DNA of 36,177 nucleotides from an uncultured Dehalococcoidaceae bacterium (GTDB lineage: Bacteria > Chloroflexota > Dehalococcoidia > Dehalococcoidales > RBG-16-60-22). A model generated the notes under the pieces. That model was not told the DNA's origin and searched no databases. It worked only from the letters and a program-made list of their open reading frames with translations. The stretch is taken from assembly GCA_964460815.1 (NCBI GenBank), contig CAYWRT010000006.1, positions 1 to 36,177 of the forward strand, written 5' to 3'. The position numbers were made by a program, and so were the translations under genes. Positions 26,625 to 35,924 of the stretch are shown here, piece by piece; within the stretch, counting starts at the first letter, position 1; each line of letters starts with the position of its first letter.

Positions 26625-26899
26625 AACGACCACCGGTGTTAATGCGCCTGCGCTTTCATAACGGGGACAGGAAATTTGGATTGTGGCTGCCGTTGTTCCT
26701 GCTCATTCCACTGGCGCTGGTGGTACTTATTATACTGTCGCCGCTAATAATTATCGCTATCGTTGTTCTGTGGCCGAGCGGCTGGGGTAAGCTGGCACTG
26801 CTGGTTTTGCAGGCGGCCTGGGGGTTACTATGCTCGATGCCTGGCCTTAAGGTTGATGTTCGGAATCCTAATCAATGTGTATATATATCGGTTATATAA
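26621..26899 (+). CDS. Small membrane protein (DUF2089 operon)
   Basis: ATGA overlap with the upstream gene; two hydrophobic segments. Confidence 0.75.
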   Translation: MKRPPVLMRLRFHNGDRKFGLWLPLFLLIPLALVVLIILSPLIIIAIVVLWPSGWGKLALLVLQAAWGLLCSMPGLKVDVRNPNQCVYISVI

Positions 26900-26920
26900 A
26901 TAACAAAGGGGGATATTATA

Positions 26921-27364
26921 ATGACTGAGAACCAGAAAAAAATACTGGAGATGTTGTCCAAAAACAAGATAAGTATTGATGATGCTTATCGACTGCTCAA
27001 CGTGATTGATTCCGGGGAAGGCGAGCCGGGAAGTACCGTAAAAGCAGAACCAGGCGGTAAATCCATGCCTAAATACCTGCGTGTTACGGTAGTGCCCAAT
27101 CCAGAACATAAGAACGCTGACAATGTTGACCGCGTTAACGTCCGCGTGCCCATGTCGCTGATACGTGCTGGAATCAAGCTGACATCCTTAATACCGTCCG
27201 ATGCCATGGATAAGGTGAGTGATACTTTAAGGGACAAGGGTATCGACTTCGATGTGCGCAGCGTTAAATCCGAGGACCTCGAGGAGCTTATCGAAGCGCT
27301 GGGCGATATGGAAATTGATGTGGAGAGTGGCAAGGGGGAGAGAGTAAAGGTTTTTGTCGAATAG
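26921..27364 (+). CDS. SHOCT-like N-terminal domain protein (DUF2089 operon)
   Basis: KKILEML..KISIDDAYRLL, KYLRVTV, VNVRVPMSLI. Confidence 0.75.
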   Translation: MTENQKKILEMLSKNKISIDDAYRLLNVIDSGEGEPGSTVKAEPGGKSMPKYLRVTVVPNPEHKNADNVDRVNVRVPMSLIRAGIKLTSLIPSDAMDKVSDTLRDKGIDFDVRSVKSEDLEELIEALGDMEIDVESGKGERVKVFVE

Positions 27365-27420
27365 CTTGATGATATATATCTTGTTAGCTTCTGGCAGTTA
27401 ACTGTATTTATAAAACAATG

Positions 27421-27468
27421 GCGCAATTGCGTAAATGCGTTAATGCTCAATTACGTAGCTGCGGTACT
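27421..27468. repeat. 8-bp-periodic array (candidate centromere site)
   Basis: GCGCAATT GCGTAAAT GCGTTAAT GCTCAATT ACGTAGCT GCGGTACT; first 20 bp identical to 26018-26037. Confidence 0.8.
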
Positions 27469-27615
27469 TCGTGGCAACGCCGGTATTGACAATCACACCG
27501 ATAGGGCTATAATTTAATTACGGCGGTATGACATCGCTTGATTACTGTATAGAGAAATCAGGCGCTGAGACTGACACAGCCGTTGCTGAAGCAGAAAGGG
27601 TTAAGGTGAAACAGA

Positions 27616-28203
27616 ATGGTGGGTAACAAACAGAAACCGGCATCAAACCCCGGGTTGAAGGCAATAATTATTTATTGGTCGGCTACAGGAAATACGGAGA
27701 AGGTGGCCAATGCTATCCAGAGAAGCCTGGTTAGCGAGAAGGTAGCGACCAAGCTCATGAAAATACCGGAAGCCGAAGAGGCCGAGCTTTACGAATATGA
27801 CCTGGTTTTCCTCGGGTCACCATCATATGAATGGCACCCCCCGGAACCCGTGGTGAATTTTATCAAAAAGAAAATAGCCCATCACAGGGAAAGAGGCGAC
27901 GTTAAGCTCTGTGCCCCAAAATTGCCCGGAAAGACGGCAGTTATTTTCTGTACTTATTCAGGACCACACACCGGCATAAACGAAGCTATCCCGGTGTGTA
28001 AGTACCTGGGACAGTTCTTCGAGCATCTTGGCTTTGAAGTAGCCAGAGAATGGTGTATTGTCGGTGAGTTTCATAACCGTGAAGAACTGAGCACCAAAGG
28101 GAAAATGGGAGACACCAGGGGACGCCCCAGCGAACAAGACCTGTCCAGGGTAGAAAAAGACGTACGCGAACTAATCAGGTCTATTCGCCATGTCTCGCCG
28201 TGA
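27616..28203 (+). CDS. Flavodoxin-like protein
   Basis: YWSATGNTEKVA, FLGSPSY; upstream TTGACA-N16-TATAAT at 27486-27513. Confidence 0.85.
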   Translation: MVGNKQKPASNPGLKAIIIYWSATGNTEKVANAIQRSLVSEKVATKLMKIPEAEEAELYEYDLVFLGSPSYEWHPPEPVVNFIKKKIAHHRERGDVKLCAPKLPGKTAVIFCTYSGPHTGINEAIPVCKYLGQFFEHLGFEVAREWCIVGEFHNREELSTKGKMGDTRGRPSEQDLSRVEKDVRELIRSIRHVSP

Positions 28204-28583
28204 GTATGGCTATTCGTCGGAGTAGCCTTTTATCGCCCCTCAGGATTTACCCTCAACTATTCGGGATAACAGAAGACCGCTGATAGCCTGTTTGAGTCCC
28301 ACAGTCTTTACTGGCTTTTCCGCATACCATGATAGCGGCGGCTGAGTTTGGCCCAGCGCTTGAGAGCTTACTGCGTCTTGCTTGGCTTATTGTATCCAAA
28401 CATTACAAACGTACCATATGGATTAAACATAAGTACCGCCGCCACCATGACTAATTGGCTATTTACAGCCCGCATCCGATTAACCACAATAATTAATGGG
28501 GCATTGTATCCGGAACCATGGATACAATCTATTTCGCTATTGAGAGGCTTGTATTTCTTTACAACCGACCAAGAGGTATATAT

Positions 28584-28928
28584 ATGAAAGGTGAGAAGGG
28601 AGCCTCACTGGTGGAAACAGTCGTGGCACTGGCGCTGCTGGGCCTCATTAGCCTGCCTTTCCTCAGTGCTTTGGCCACCACTTCTAATGCCAGGTTGATT
28701 GCTGATGAGCACGCTGCCGCCAGGATTCTGGCCGAATCCTACATGGAGGATATCAGACAGCAGGAATATGCCTTTTCTTATGACACCCCTCCCGTTACCG
28801 AAGACGGCTATTCAACTCAGATTAATGTTGATAACCTGCGTAACAAAAATATTCAGAAGATAACGATAACTGTGAGACACCACGGTGGGGACATAACTTC
28901 TTTGGAGAGCTACAAGACAAACCGATGA
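28584..28928 (+). CDS. Type IV minor pilin (PilV-like); start reassigned to ATG at 28584
   Basis: Class III signal KG/ASLVETVVALALL with E5; SD GAGG. Confidence 0.85.
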   Translation: MKGEKGASLVETVVALALLGLISLPFLSALATTSNARLIADEHAAARILAESYMEDIRQQEYAFSYDTPPVTEDGYSTQINVDNLRNKNIQKITITVRHHGGDITSLESYKTNR

Positions 28929-29452
28929 CATTTCATAAATTTTGGCCGATACGGGAGAACCAGAAGGGCTTTACTTTGCTTGAGCTGTTAGTAGCCCTAG
29001 CCATTACCAGCTTTATTAGCGTCGGGGTAGCCATGGCCACCGTGCAGGTGGTTGACCAGGGGGGCCGGAACAGTGACTATAACACTGCCAGCCGGAACAC
29101 GCTGAATGCCATCCACTGGATTAGCCGTGATGCCCAGATGGCTCAAACCCTGGAACCGGGTGGTTCATCGGGCTTTCCCCTCAACCTGAGCTGGGTTGAG
29201 TGGGATAACACCGTTCACCAGGTTACCTATGCTGAGGATGGGGACAGGCTGAGGCGGAGCTACTCTATTATTGGTGGTGGGGCACCAAATGTGACTCTGG
29301 TGGCTCAGTACATTAACTGGGTATCGGAGAATACCACCTGTGATTTCAGTGACGGTATTCTTGAATTGACAGTGACCACCACTGTCGGCACTGGCTTAAA
29401 CGCAGTCAGCGTAACCAGAACGCATGATATTGCCCCCCGCCCCGGATTGTGA
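28925..29452 (+). CDS. Type IV minor pilin (PilW/PulJ-like)
   Basis: QKG/FTLLELLVALAI, WISRDAQMA. Confidence 0.88.
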   Translation: MTFHKFWPIRENQKGFTLLELLVALAITSFISVGVAMATVQVVDQGGRNSDYNTASRNTLNAIHWISRDAQMAQTLEPGGSSGFPLNLSWVEWDNTVHQVTYAEDGDRLRRSYSIIGGGAPNVTLVAQYINWVSENTTCDFSDGILELTVTTTVGTGLNAVSVTRTHDIAPRPGL

Positions 29453-29456
29453 AGAG

Positions 29457-31847
29457 ATGGTTAACAGGATAAAGACTAACCTAGTTAAATATGTTAAACG
29501 TTTAAATGAGGAGAAAGGGCAGGCTCTAATGTCGGTCCTTGCCTTCCTGCTCATAAGCAGTCTGACCCTGCCACCTATCCTATCTCACATGCGCACGTCG
29601 CTTCAAACAGGGAAGGTGTATGAGGATAAGACAGACCAGCTGTATGCGGCTGATTCGGGGATTGAAGACGCCCTCTGGCAGATAAAGTATGACCGGCTGG
29701 AGCCGTTGTTCACTAACCCGGCTTATAACATCTATGACTTCGGTACGACCTGGTCATACCGTCTAAACGACCCGATAAATAACCTCACGGCTAACGTAAG
29801 TATCCGGAACGTCTGGATTCCGAGCAACGTATCGCCGCCATCAGACGCGGTTGAAGCCAGGGAAATCATTGAGTCAAACAAGCTGATGGTAGCCGGCACG
29901 GCTACTGACGAATCAAACTACAAGATAAAGATAAGCTTCAGTCCCGGTGAGGGTGAGGAGGAGGCTTTGATGGTCGAGTCGCTGGGAATATGGCTGCCGC
30001 TCGGTTTCCACTACAGCGGCTCCTGCACCCTGGCAACCGTACCTGGTGCGCAATACTACTCGGAAGATGTTACGGATTATGCCGGCGGCGAGTCCGTGGT
30101 CTGGGAATTCACCCCCTCTATTGCTTTCACGTCCTTCGGGGCTGACCCCGGGGAAATGCCGATGATAGCCGAGATTAGCTTTCAATATACCGCCGATGAG
30201 GCGGGAGCCGAACCGGCGACCGTTTCTTGGATAGAGACCTACGGCGCTATTACTGATATCCTCCCCGTTACCTGGGATATTGACACCAGGATTTACACAA
30301 TTACCTCGGTTGCCGGTGATACCGAGATTGATGCCTACTCGTCCAAATGCGAATTGCGCAAGATGGGTGACGCCATTGCCGGTGACTACTGTGCCATCGG
30401 CAACTCTCTGATGAGAGATATTAATCATGACAACTACCGGGAAACCTGGCTTTCCGAGAGCAGTACCGAGGTCGATACTATTCCCAATGATGCGGAAGAG
30501 GGTTTCGCCGACGTGATTCAGGCCCATCTTTACTGGTCAGGGTGGCGGAATGAGAGCAGAAAGCAAACGGAGCTTTCTGAATCCTGCAGTAACTTTGACA
30601 GGTGGATTGACGGCAGTAGCTGGGATATTGGTAGTAATTACTTTCAGGGCCATTACAGCAGCTCGGGAGAAGACCCTCGCTGTCTCACCCTGAAAAGTGA
30701 GTATAGCCTGGACCTGAGTTCTTACGCTGATATGGGAGCAGTAACGGTCTCCTGGGAACAGTGGGAGACTGGAAACCTGGAGTCTGGCGATGGACTTGAC
30801 TTTGCTTTTTCCCCCGATGGCGGTAATACCTGGAGCAGTTACATTGAAGCCTTCCGCGGTAATATCGGTAGTTCACGGCAGGATTTTTGCTACGTTATCC
30901 CCTCCGATATAATCCCCTCCACTTATTTGACTGATGACTTCAAGCTGAAGTTTTACCTGGTCGGTTTTGCCGAATCCGACGACAATTATTGCCGTATAGA
31001 TAATATTCAAGTCAAGTCAATGATGCCAGACTACGACGCCGTCTTCAAGATAGATGACAATCAGGTCTATCTGGATAATGGAGAGGCTGCGCAGGGTCCC
31101 GTAGACATAGTCGCCACAAGAACACAGGTCTTACCCAATTATGACAGTAGTGGTAACCCCAATGGCTTTTCCTACTCCTGTTACCTGGATGTCACCAAGC
31201 TTGTAAAAGCGTATGGTGAAGTGGTCGAGGATGAATACGGCATTGAACACCATACCGGCAACGAGAACTACACCGCCGGGGATGTGGTTGCCGATACCGG
31301 CAACATGTGGTCTTACGCTGGCTGGTCTCTGATAATTATTTACTCCAGTCCGGAGACGGCGGGGCATCAGCTTTATCTCTGGGACGACTTTATGTACGCC
31401 GATGAGGACACGAATATCGACTTCGACGGCGATGGCGTTGATGGCGGCGACATAACCGGTTTTGTCGTTCCGGAGCAAATCGAGGGCATACCAAATGCGG
31501 CCAAGCTGACCTGCTTCGTGGGCGAGGGCGATACTTATACCGGTGACAAACTGAAGTTTACCGGTCAGTCGGGGTACAGTGAGTACCTTGAAAATGACGA
31601 AAGTCCCTGGAGTAATGTCTGGAACTCACAGTCGCCGGGTTTTGACTATGACGGTGTTGACATTGACACCTTTGACGTTCCCTGGAAGAATTCTTATAAC
31701 CAGAATCTGGTAGAGCCGGGTGATACTTCAGCACACTTAGACCTTCCCACCGGGCAGGATAGCTGGAATCTGGTGTATATAATTCTATCCATGCAGAGCC
31801 TGACCGTTACCGGCGGTACCGTGCACTACGTTATACAATATGGCTAG
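29457..31847 (+). CDS. Large PilX-like pilin with acidic beta-rich adhesin-like domains; start uncertain (ATG 29457 assumed)
   Basis: KG/QALMSVL without E5, YAADSGIEDA (PilX-N like), long D/E/Y/W-rich C-terminus. Confidence 0.8.
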   Translation: MVNRIKTNLVKYVKRLNEEKGQALMSVLAFLLISSLTLPPILSHMRTSLQTGKVYEDKTDQLYAADSGIEDALWQIKYDRLEPLFTNPAYNIYDFGTTWSYRLNDPINNLTANVSIRNVWIPSNVSPPSDAVEAREIIESNKLMVAGTATDESNYKIKISFSPGEGEEEALMVESLGIWLPLGFHYSGSCTLATVPGAQYYSEDVTDYAGGESVVWEFTPSIAFTSFGADPGEMPMIAEISFQYTADEAGAEPATVSWIETYGAITDILPVTWDIDTRIYTITSVAGDTEIDAYSSKCELRKMGDAIAGDYCAIGNSLMRDINHDNYRETWLSESSTEVDTIPNDAEEGFADVIQAHLYWSGWRNESRKQTELSESCSNFDRWIDGSSWDIGSNYFQGHYSSSGEDPRCLTLKSEYSLDLSSYADMGAVTVSWEQWETGNLESGDGLDFAFSPDGGNTWSSYIEAFRGNIGSSRQDFCYVIPSDIIPSTYLTDDFKLKFYLVGFAESDDNYCRIDNIQVKSMMPDYDAVFKIDDNQVYLDNGEAAQGPVDIVATRTQVLPNYDSSGNPNGFSYSCYLDVTKLVKAYGEVVEDEYGIEHHTGNENYTAGDVVADTGNMWSYAGWSLIIIYSSPETAGHQLYLWDDFMYADEDTNIDFDGDGVDGGDITGFVVPEQIEGIPNAAKLTCFVGEGDTYTGDKLKFTGQSGYSEYLENDESPWSNVWNSQSPGFDYDGVDIDTFDVPWKNSYNQNLVEPGDTSAHLDLPTGQDSWNLVYIILSMQSLTVTGGTVHYVIQYG

Positions 31848-31916
31848 ATTAACGTCAGTACCCCTTGAATGCAGGTGGCATCTCCGGTAAAAGCGTCGCC
31901 GGAGGTCTATGGTCAG

Positions 31917-32615
31917 TCATAGAGAATCTACAGTGAACCTGAAGCTTCCGTCCGCACACTTGCAGGAGTGCAGTAGCTCTATGAGTTGCTCCGTCTTCAT
32001 AACCCAACCGTAAGAACCGGCTACCTTTTTTATGGTAGCTTGACCTATCTTCTGCCAGGAGGAGGCGGTGGCATCTTCCACCAGTATGACGTCATAACCA
32101 ATATTGAATGCGTCCGTCAGTGTATTTTCCACACAGATGGCGGTGTCTACGCCGGTAATGATGGTTGTGTCGACATGGATGCTTCTCAGCCAGAGGTCAA
32201 GCTCAGTGTCCTGGAAAGAGGAATCTCTTCTCTTGACGACTATGTGGTCGTTGTTTGTCGGCCGGAGTTCATCAATTATCTCTGCGTCCCATGTTCCCCG
32301 CACAACGGCGGGAATCCTCAGGAATTCCGCCCTTCTCTCTGGTATGATGCGGTGCAGTCTCGTGAAAAGGTCTATCCCGGATTCCTCTCTAACCTGCTGG
32401 GTATAGAATATGGGTATTTCCAGTTCACGAGATGTCGCCACTAACCGCGCAATATTCGGTATGATACGCCTGTAGGCGTTGAGGTCGGCTCCAATATTGC
32501 CTCCATACTTTTCGTATGAGCCCCCAGGCGTGCAGTAGCCATTCTGCATGTCGATGACCAGCAGGGCAGGACGAAATATAGGCGGTCTTTTATGGGCCAT
32601 AACTCGTGCCTCCAT
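31917..32615 (-). CDS. Isochorismatase-family cysteine hydrolase (RutB-like)
   Basis: LLVIDMQN, KRRDSSF, GVDTAICV triad. Confidence 0.92.
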   Translation of the reverse strand: MEARVMAHKRPPIFRPALLVIDMQNGYCTPGGSYEKYGGNIGADLNAYRRIIPNIARLVATSRELEIPIFYTQQVREESGIDLFTRLHRIIPERRAEFLRIPAVVRGTWDAEIIDELRPTNNDHIVVKRRDSSFQDTELDLWLRSIHVDTTIITGVDTAICVENTLTDAFNIGYDVILVEDATASSWQKIGQATIKKVAGSYGWVMKTEQLIELLHSCKCADGSFRFTVDSL

Positions 32616-32800
32616 TCATTACTGGTTATCCACTAATTTGAACTGGGATAGCAGCTGCTGACCTCTCCCGGATAATTCTACCACATTCCCGTTTGTAGTT
32701 CGCCATATACGCCAGGAATAGCCCGAAATTTATGTTAACAGGTGCCCTGTGCTATAATGGGGCAGCCCTGGAGACGGGGTAAATACGGGAGCGGTAAATA

Positions 32801-34060
32801 TTGTCTAATACAGAATTTCGCCAGCTTCCCCAACCTGACTCACCTGTTTTTTACGGCTACGTCGTCGTTTCCATTTCATTCGTTATGCATATGATTGCTT
32901 TCAGCTTGTATGACAGCTTCGGCGTCTTTTTCAACCCGTTGCTGAACGAGTTTGGCTGGAGCCGGGCGGTGATTTCGGGGGCCAGCTCGCTGTCCTTTAT
33001 TCTGATGGGCGTCTTGGGTATAGTCATGGGAGGCTTAACCGACAGGTTTGGTCCGCGGATAGTACTGACAATCTGCGGTTTTCTTCTGGGTCTGGGTTAT
33101 TTGCTAATGTCACAGGTACAGGACCGGTGGCAGCTGTATCTTTTATATGGCGTGGCTATTGGCATTGGCATGAGCGGCATCTGGGCCCCGTTATTATCCC
33201 TGGTTGGCAGATGGTTTGTCGGGAGAAGAGGTTTGATGACGGGTATTGTTATCGCCGGCGGGGGCATTGGTGCCCTGGTCGGGCCGCTGGTAATTACCAG
33301 GCTTATTGCGGCTCATGGTTGGAGAACAAGCTGTATCATGCTGGGAAGCATCACCTTATTAGTGCTGGTGCTGATAGCTCAGTTTCTCAAGCGTGACCCT
33401 GGAGACATAGGGCAACTTGCCTATGGTGCCAGCGAAGAACGGGAGCCGGCGGTGGCATCAGAGGTGCCGGGTTTTTCTCTTAAAGAAGTGGTTTATACCC
33501 CCCAATTCTGGCTGGTTTTTTCCATGCTATTCTGCTTGGGAGTGGGCATTTTCTCCATACTGGTACATATCGTGCCACATTCCAGGGAGTTGGCAGTCCC
33601 GGCCATTACCGCCGCCAATATCTTGGCTTGCATTGGGGGCGTGAGTATTATTGGTAATTTGGCCATGGGCCGTGCTGTTGACAGAACTGGTCCCAGGCTG
33701 GTTCTTATTATCGGTCTCATTCTGATGTTGGCGGCTCTATTATGGTTATTACCCGCCAGGGAGGTCTGGATGCTTTACCTCTTTGCGGTTGTTTTTGGCT
33801 TTGCTCACGGCGGTACGGCCACAGCCCACGCACCAATAGTGGCCAGGCTTTTCGGGCTGAACTCTCTCGGTTCTATTTTCGGGCTGGCTACTTTTGGCTT
33901 CACCCTGGGAGGGGCAACCGGGCCGGTGATGACCGGTTACATATTCGATTTAACCGGTAGCTATAAATTAGCCTTCATGTCCTGCGTGGTTATCGGTTTC
34001 ATCGGGCTCGTATTGGCCGCCATATTAAGGCCAACCAAAAGGCTGGGAGGTAAAATCTAG
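32801..34060 (+). CDS. MFS transporter (OFA/MCT-like)
   Basis: GGLTDRFGPR motif A, about 12 TM. Confidence 0.93.
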   Translation: MSNTEFRQLPQPDSPVFYGYVVVSISFVMHMIAFSLYDSFGVFFNPLLNEFGWSRAVISGASSLSFILMGVLGIVMGGLTDRFGPRIVLTICGFLLGLGYLLMSQVQDRWQLYLLYGVAIGIGMSGIWAPLLSLVGRWFVGRRGLMTGIVIAGGGIGALVGPLVITRLIAAHGWRTSCIMLGSITLLVLVLIAQFLKRDPGDIGQLAYGASEEREPAVASEVPGFSLKEVVYTPQFWLVFSMLFCLGVGIFSILVHIVPHSRELAVPAITAANILACIGGVSIIGNLAMGRAVDRTGPRLVLIIGLILMLAALLWLLPAREVWMLYLFAVVFGFAHGGTATAHAPIVARLFGLNSLGSIFGLATFGFTLGGATGPVMTGYIFDLTGSYKLAFMSCVVIGFIGLVLAAILRPTKRLGGKI

Positions 34061-34396
34061 CCCTGTCCGGAAGACCGCATTTTAAGATTTACTTCAGGGC
34101 TATGAAGTAAAAACTAAATAGCTTCTTAATTTTTCGAACCTCTCATTATTACGGTGATGTTTGCCGTCCCTGACATCATTGTAATCTTCAATTCCATGGC
34201 TTTCAACCCGGGATGTAAATGTCTTAAATTCGCATTTTTTATTTAACACTGTATAACCATTTTACGGTCAATTTAAATTTAAAAACTCCGAGTGCAAAAG
34301 TATGCGGAGTGTAGTAGTATATAAAGGATATCGCGACTGGCTATATCAAATTGGGCCAAAAAGTAACCACCAAAGCTAATACATAACTACTTTACT

Positions 34397-35677
34397 ATGT
34401 CTTATCAGGATACTGAACAAAACGTAAAGACGGAATCGCATTTTTTCTATGGCTATGTGGTTGTGCTGGCCTCTTTCGTTATCCAGATGGCTATGTTTGG
34501 GCCGCGTGCTTCCTTTGGCGTCTACTTCAAACCGATGATAGCCGAGTTTGGCTGGAACAGAGCCTTACTGTCAGGCGCCTTCTCGATTTCCACAATTGTG
34601 CAGGGGCTGTCCGGTATTATCATGGGCGGTCTTAACGATAGATTTGGGCCTCGAGTAGTGCTGACGCTTTGCGGTTTCCTTTTAGGTCTGGGGTGTTTGC
34701 TGATGTCACAGGTCAATACCGCCTGGCAACTGTATCTGTTCTATGCGGTGATAATGGGTATCGGGACGGGTAGTTATTTCGTCACGGTATTGTCAACAGT
34801 AGCCAGGTGGTTTGTTAAAAAAAGAAGCGTGATGACGGGTATTGCTATGGCTGGTGGAGGCACAGGAGGATTAATCACCCCGCCATTGATTTACTGGCTA
34901 ATCTCGGCGCAGGGCTGGCGTAACTCCTACTTTATTTCAGGCGCCGTGGTTCTGGTAATCATCATTGTGGCTGCTCAGTTTCTCAAGCGTGACCCTGCCA
35001 AGATGGGATTAATGCCGTACGGCGGGAACCATGAAGTAGAGGGGAAAAAGCCGGATATGGGTGACCAGGGATATTCCCTCAAAGAGGCCGCTTCTACCTG
35101 GCAATTCTGGACGGCGGCTGCCATGTTATTCTGCACGGGATACTGTATGATAACTACCCTGGTGCATATTGCGCCACACGCTACGGATATTGGAATCTCG
35201 GCTGCCAGTGCCGCCAACATTATATCGATAACGGCGGCAGCACACCTTACCGGTGGCATTGTGATGGGTAGTATTGCCGATAGAATTGGCATCAGGCGGG
35301 TTTTTATCATGTGCTTTATCCTGATGGCGGCAGCACTGCTCTGGGTCATGACAGCTAGAGAGGCGTGGATGTTATATTTGTTCGCTGTTGCCTTGGGCAT
35401 TGGCGGCGGCGGTGGCACGGCGCTGATGTCGCCTTTGGTGGCGGAACTGTTCGGGATAAGTTCGCATGGTCTGATTCTGGGCGTTTGTGCCTTCTCCAGT
35501 ACCCTTGGCGCTGCCGCCGGCCCCTTTGTTGCTGGTCACCTGTTTGATGTCAATGGCAGTTACCAGTTGGCCTTTGCACTTTGTGCTGCCTTCGCCGTTG
35601 TCGGTCTTATATTGACAGTGATACTGAGACCGCCTAAAAGACGGCAGAGCCTCGTGAACGGCGTGAAGGATAAATAA
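34397..35677 (+). CDS. MFS transporter, paralog of the upstream gene
   Basis: GGLNDRFGPR, GSIADRIG; shared blocks FYGYVVV, VLTxCGFLLGLG, AQFLKRDP. Confidence 0.93.
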   Translation: MSYQDTEQNVKTESHFFYGYVVVLASFVIQMAMFGPRASFGVYFKPMIAEFGWNRALLSGAFSISTIVQGLSGIIMGGLNDRFGPRVVLTLCGFLLGLGCLLMSQVNTAWQLYLFYAVIMGIGTGSYFVTVLSTVARWFVKKRSVMTGIAMAGGGTGGLITPPLIYWLISAQGWRNSYFISGAVVLVIIIVAAQFLKRDPAKMGLMPYGGNHEVEGKKPDMGDQGYSLKEAASTWQFWTAAAMLFCTGYCMITTLVHIAPHATDIGISAASAANIISITAAAHLTGGIVMGSIADRIGIRRVFIMCFILMAAALLWVMTAREAWMLYLFAVALGIGGGGGTALMSPLVAELFGISSHGLILGVCAFSSTLGAAAGPFVAGHLFDVNGSYQLAFALCAAFAVVGLILTVILRPPKRRQSLVNGVKDK

Positions 35678-35722
35678 GCGGCCGCGAGTGGATTTGAACC
35701 GGCGAACGAGGGCTTATGAGGC
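35678..35722 (-). pseudogene. tRNA 3'-half remnant (Met/Ile2-like CAT loop)
   Basis: Minus strand CTCATAAGCCCTCGTTCGCCGGTTCAAATCCACTCGCGGCCGC; stems broken, no 5' half. Confidence 0.5.
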
Positions 35723-35924
35723 TGAAGGAAGCCGGTTTTGCCCAGTTGTTAATTTAGGCATCTGCGGTGCTGAAATAGCAAATTTTACCCTCTACGGGTT
35801 GAGATATTATACTCGTATAGGGTATAATTATTTCGGTTGGATAATCCTGCGCACTGTAATAGACAAGAGTCTAACGCGTTTTCCAATCATCTATCTCAAA
35901 AAAAATACAAAAGGAGGTATACTC

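Noticed and set aside
30346-30362. GCGAATTGCGCAAG resembling the par octamer
   Set aside because: 7-bp spacing, only two units, and inside coding sequence.
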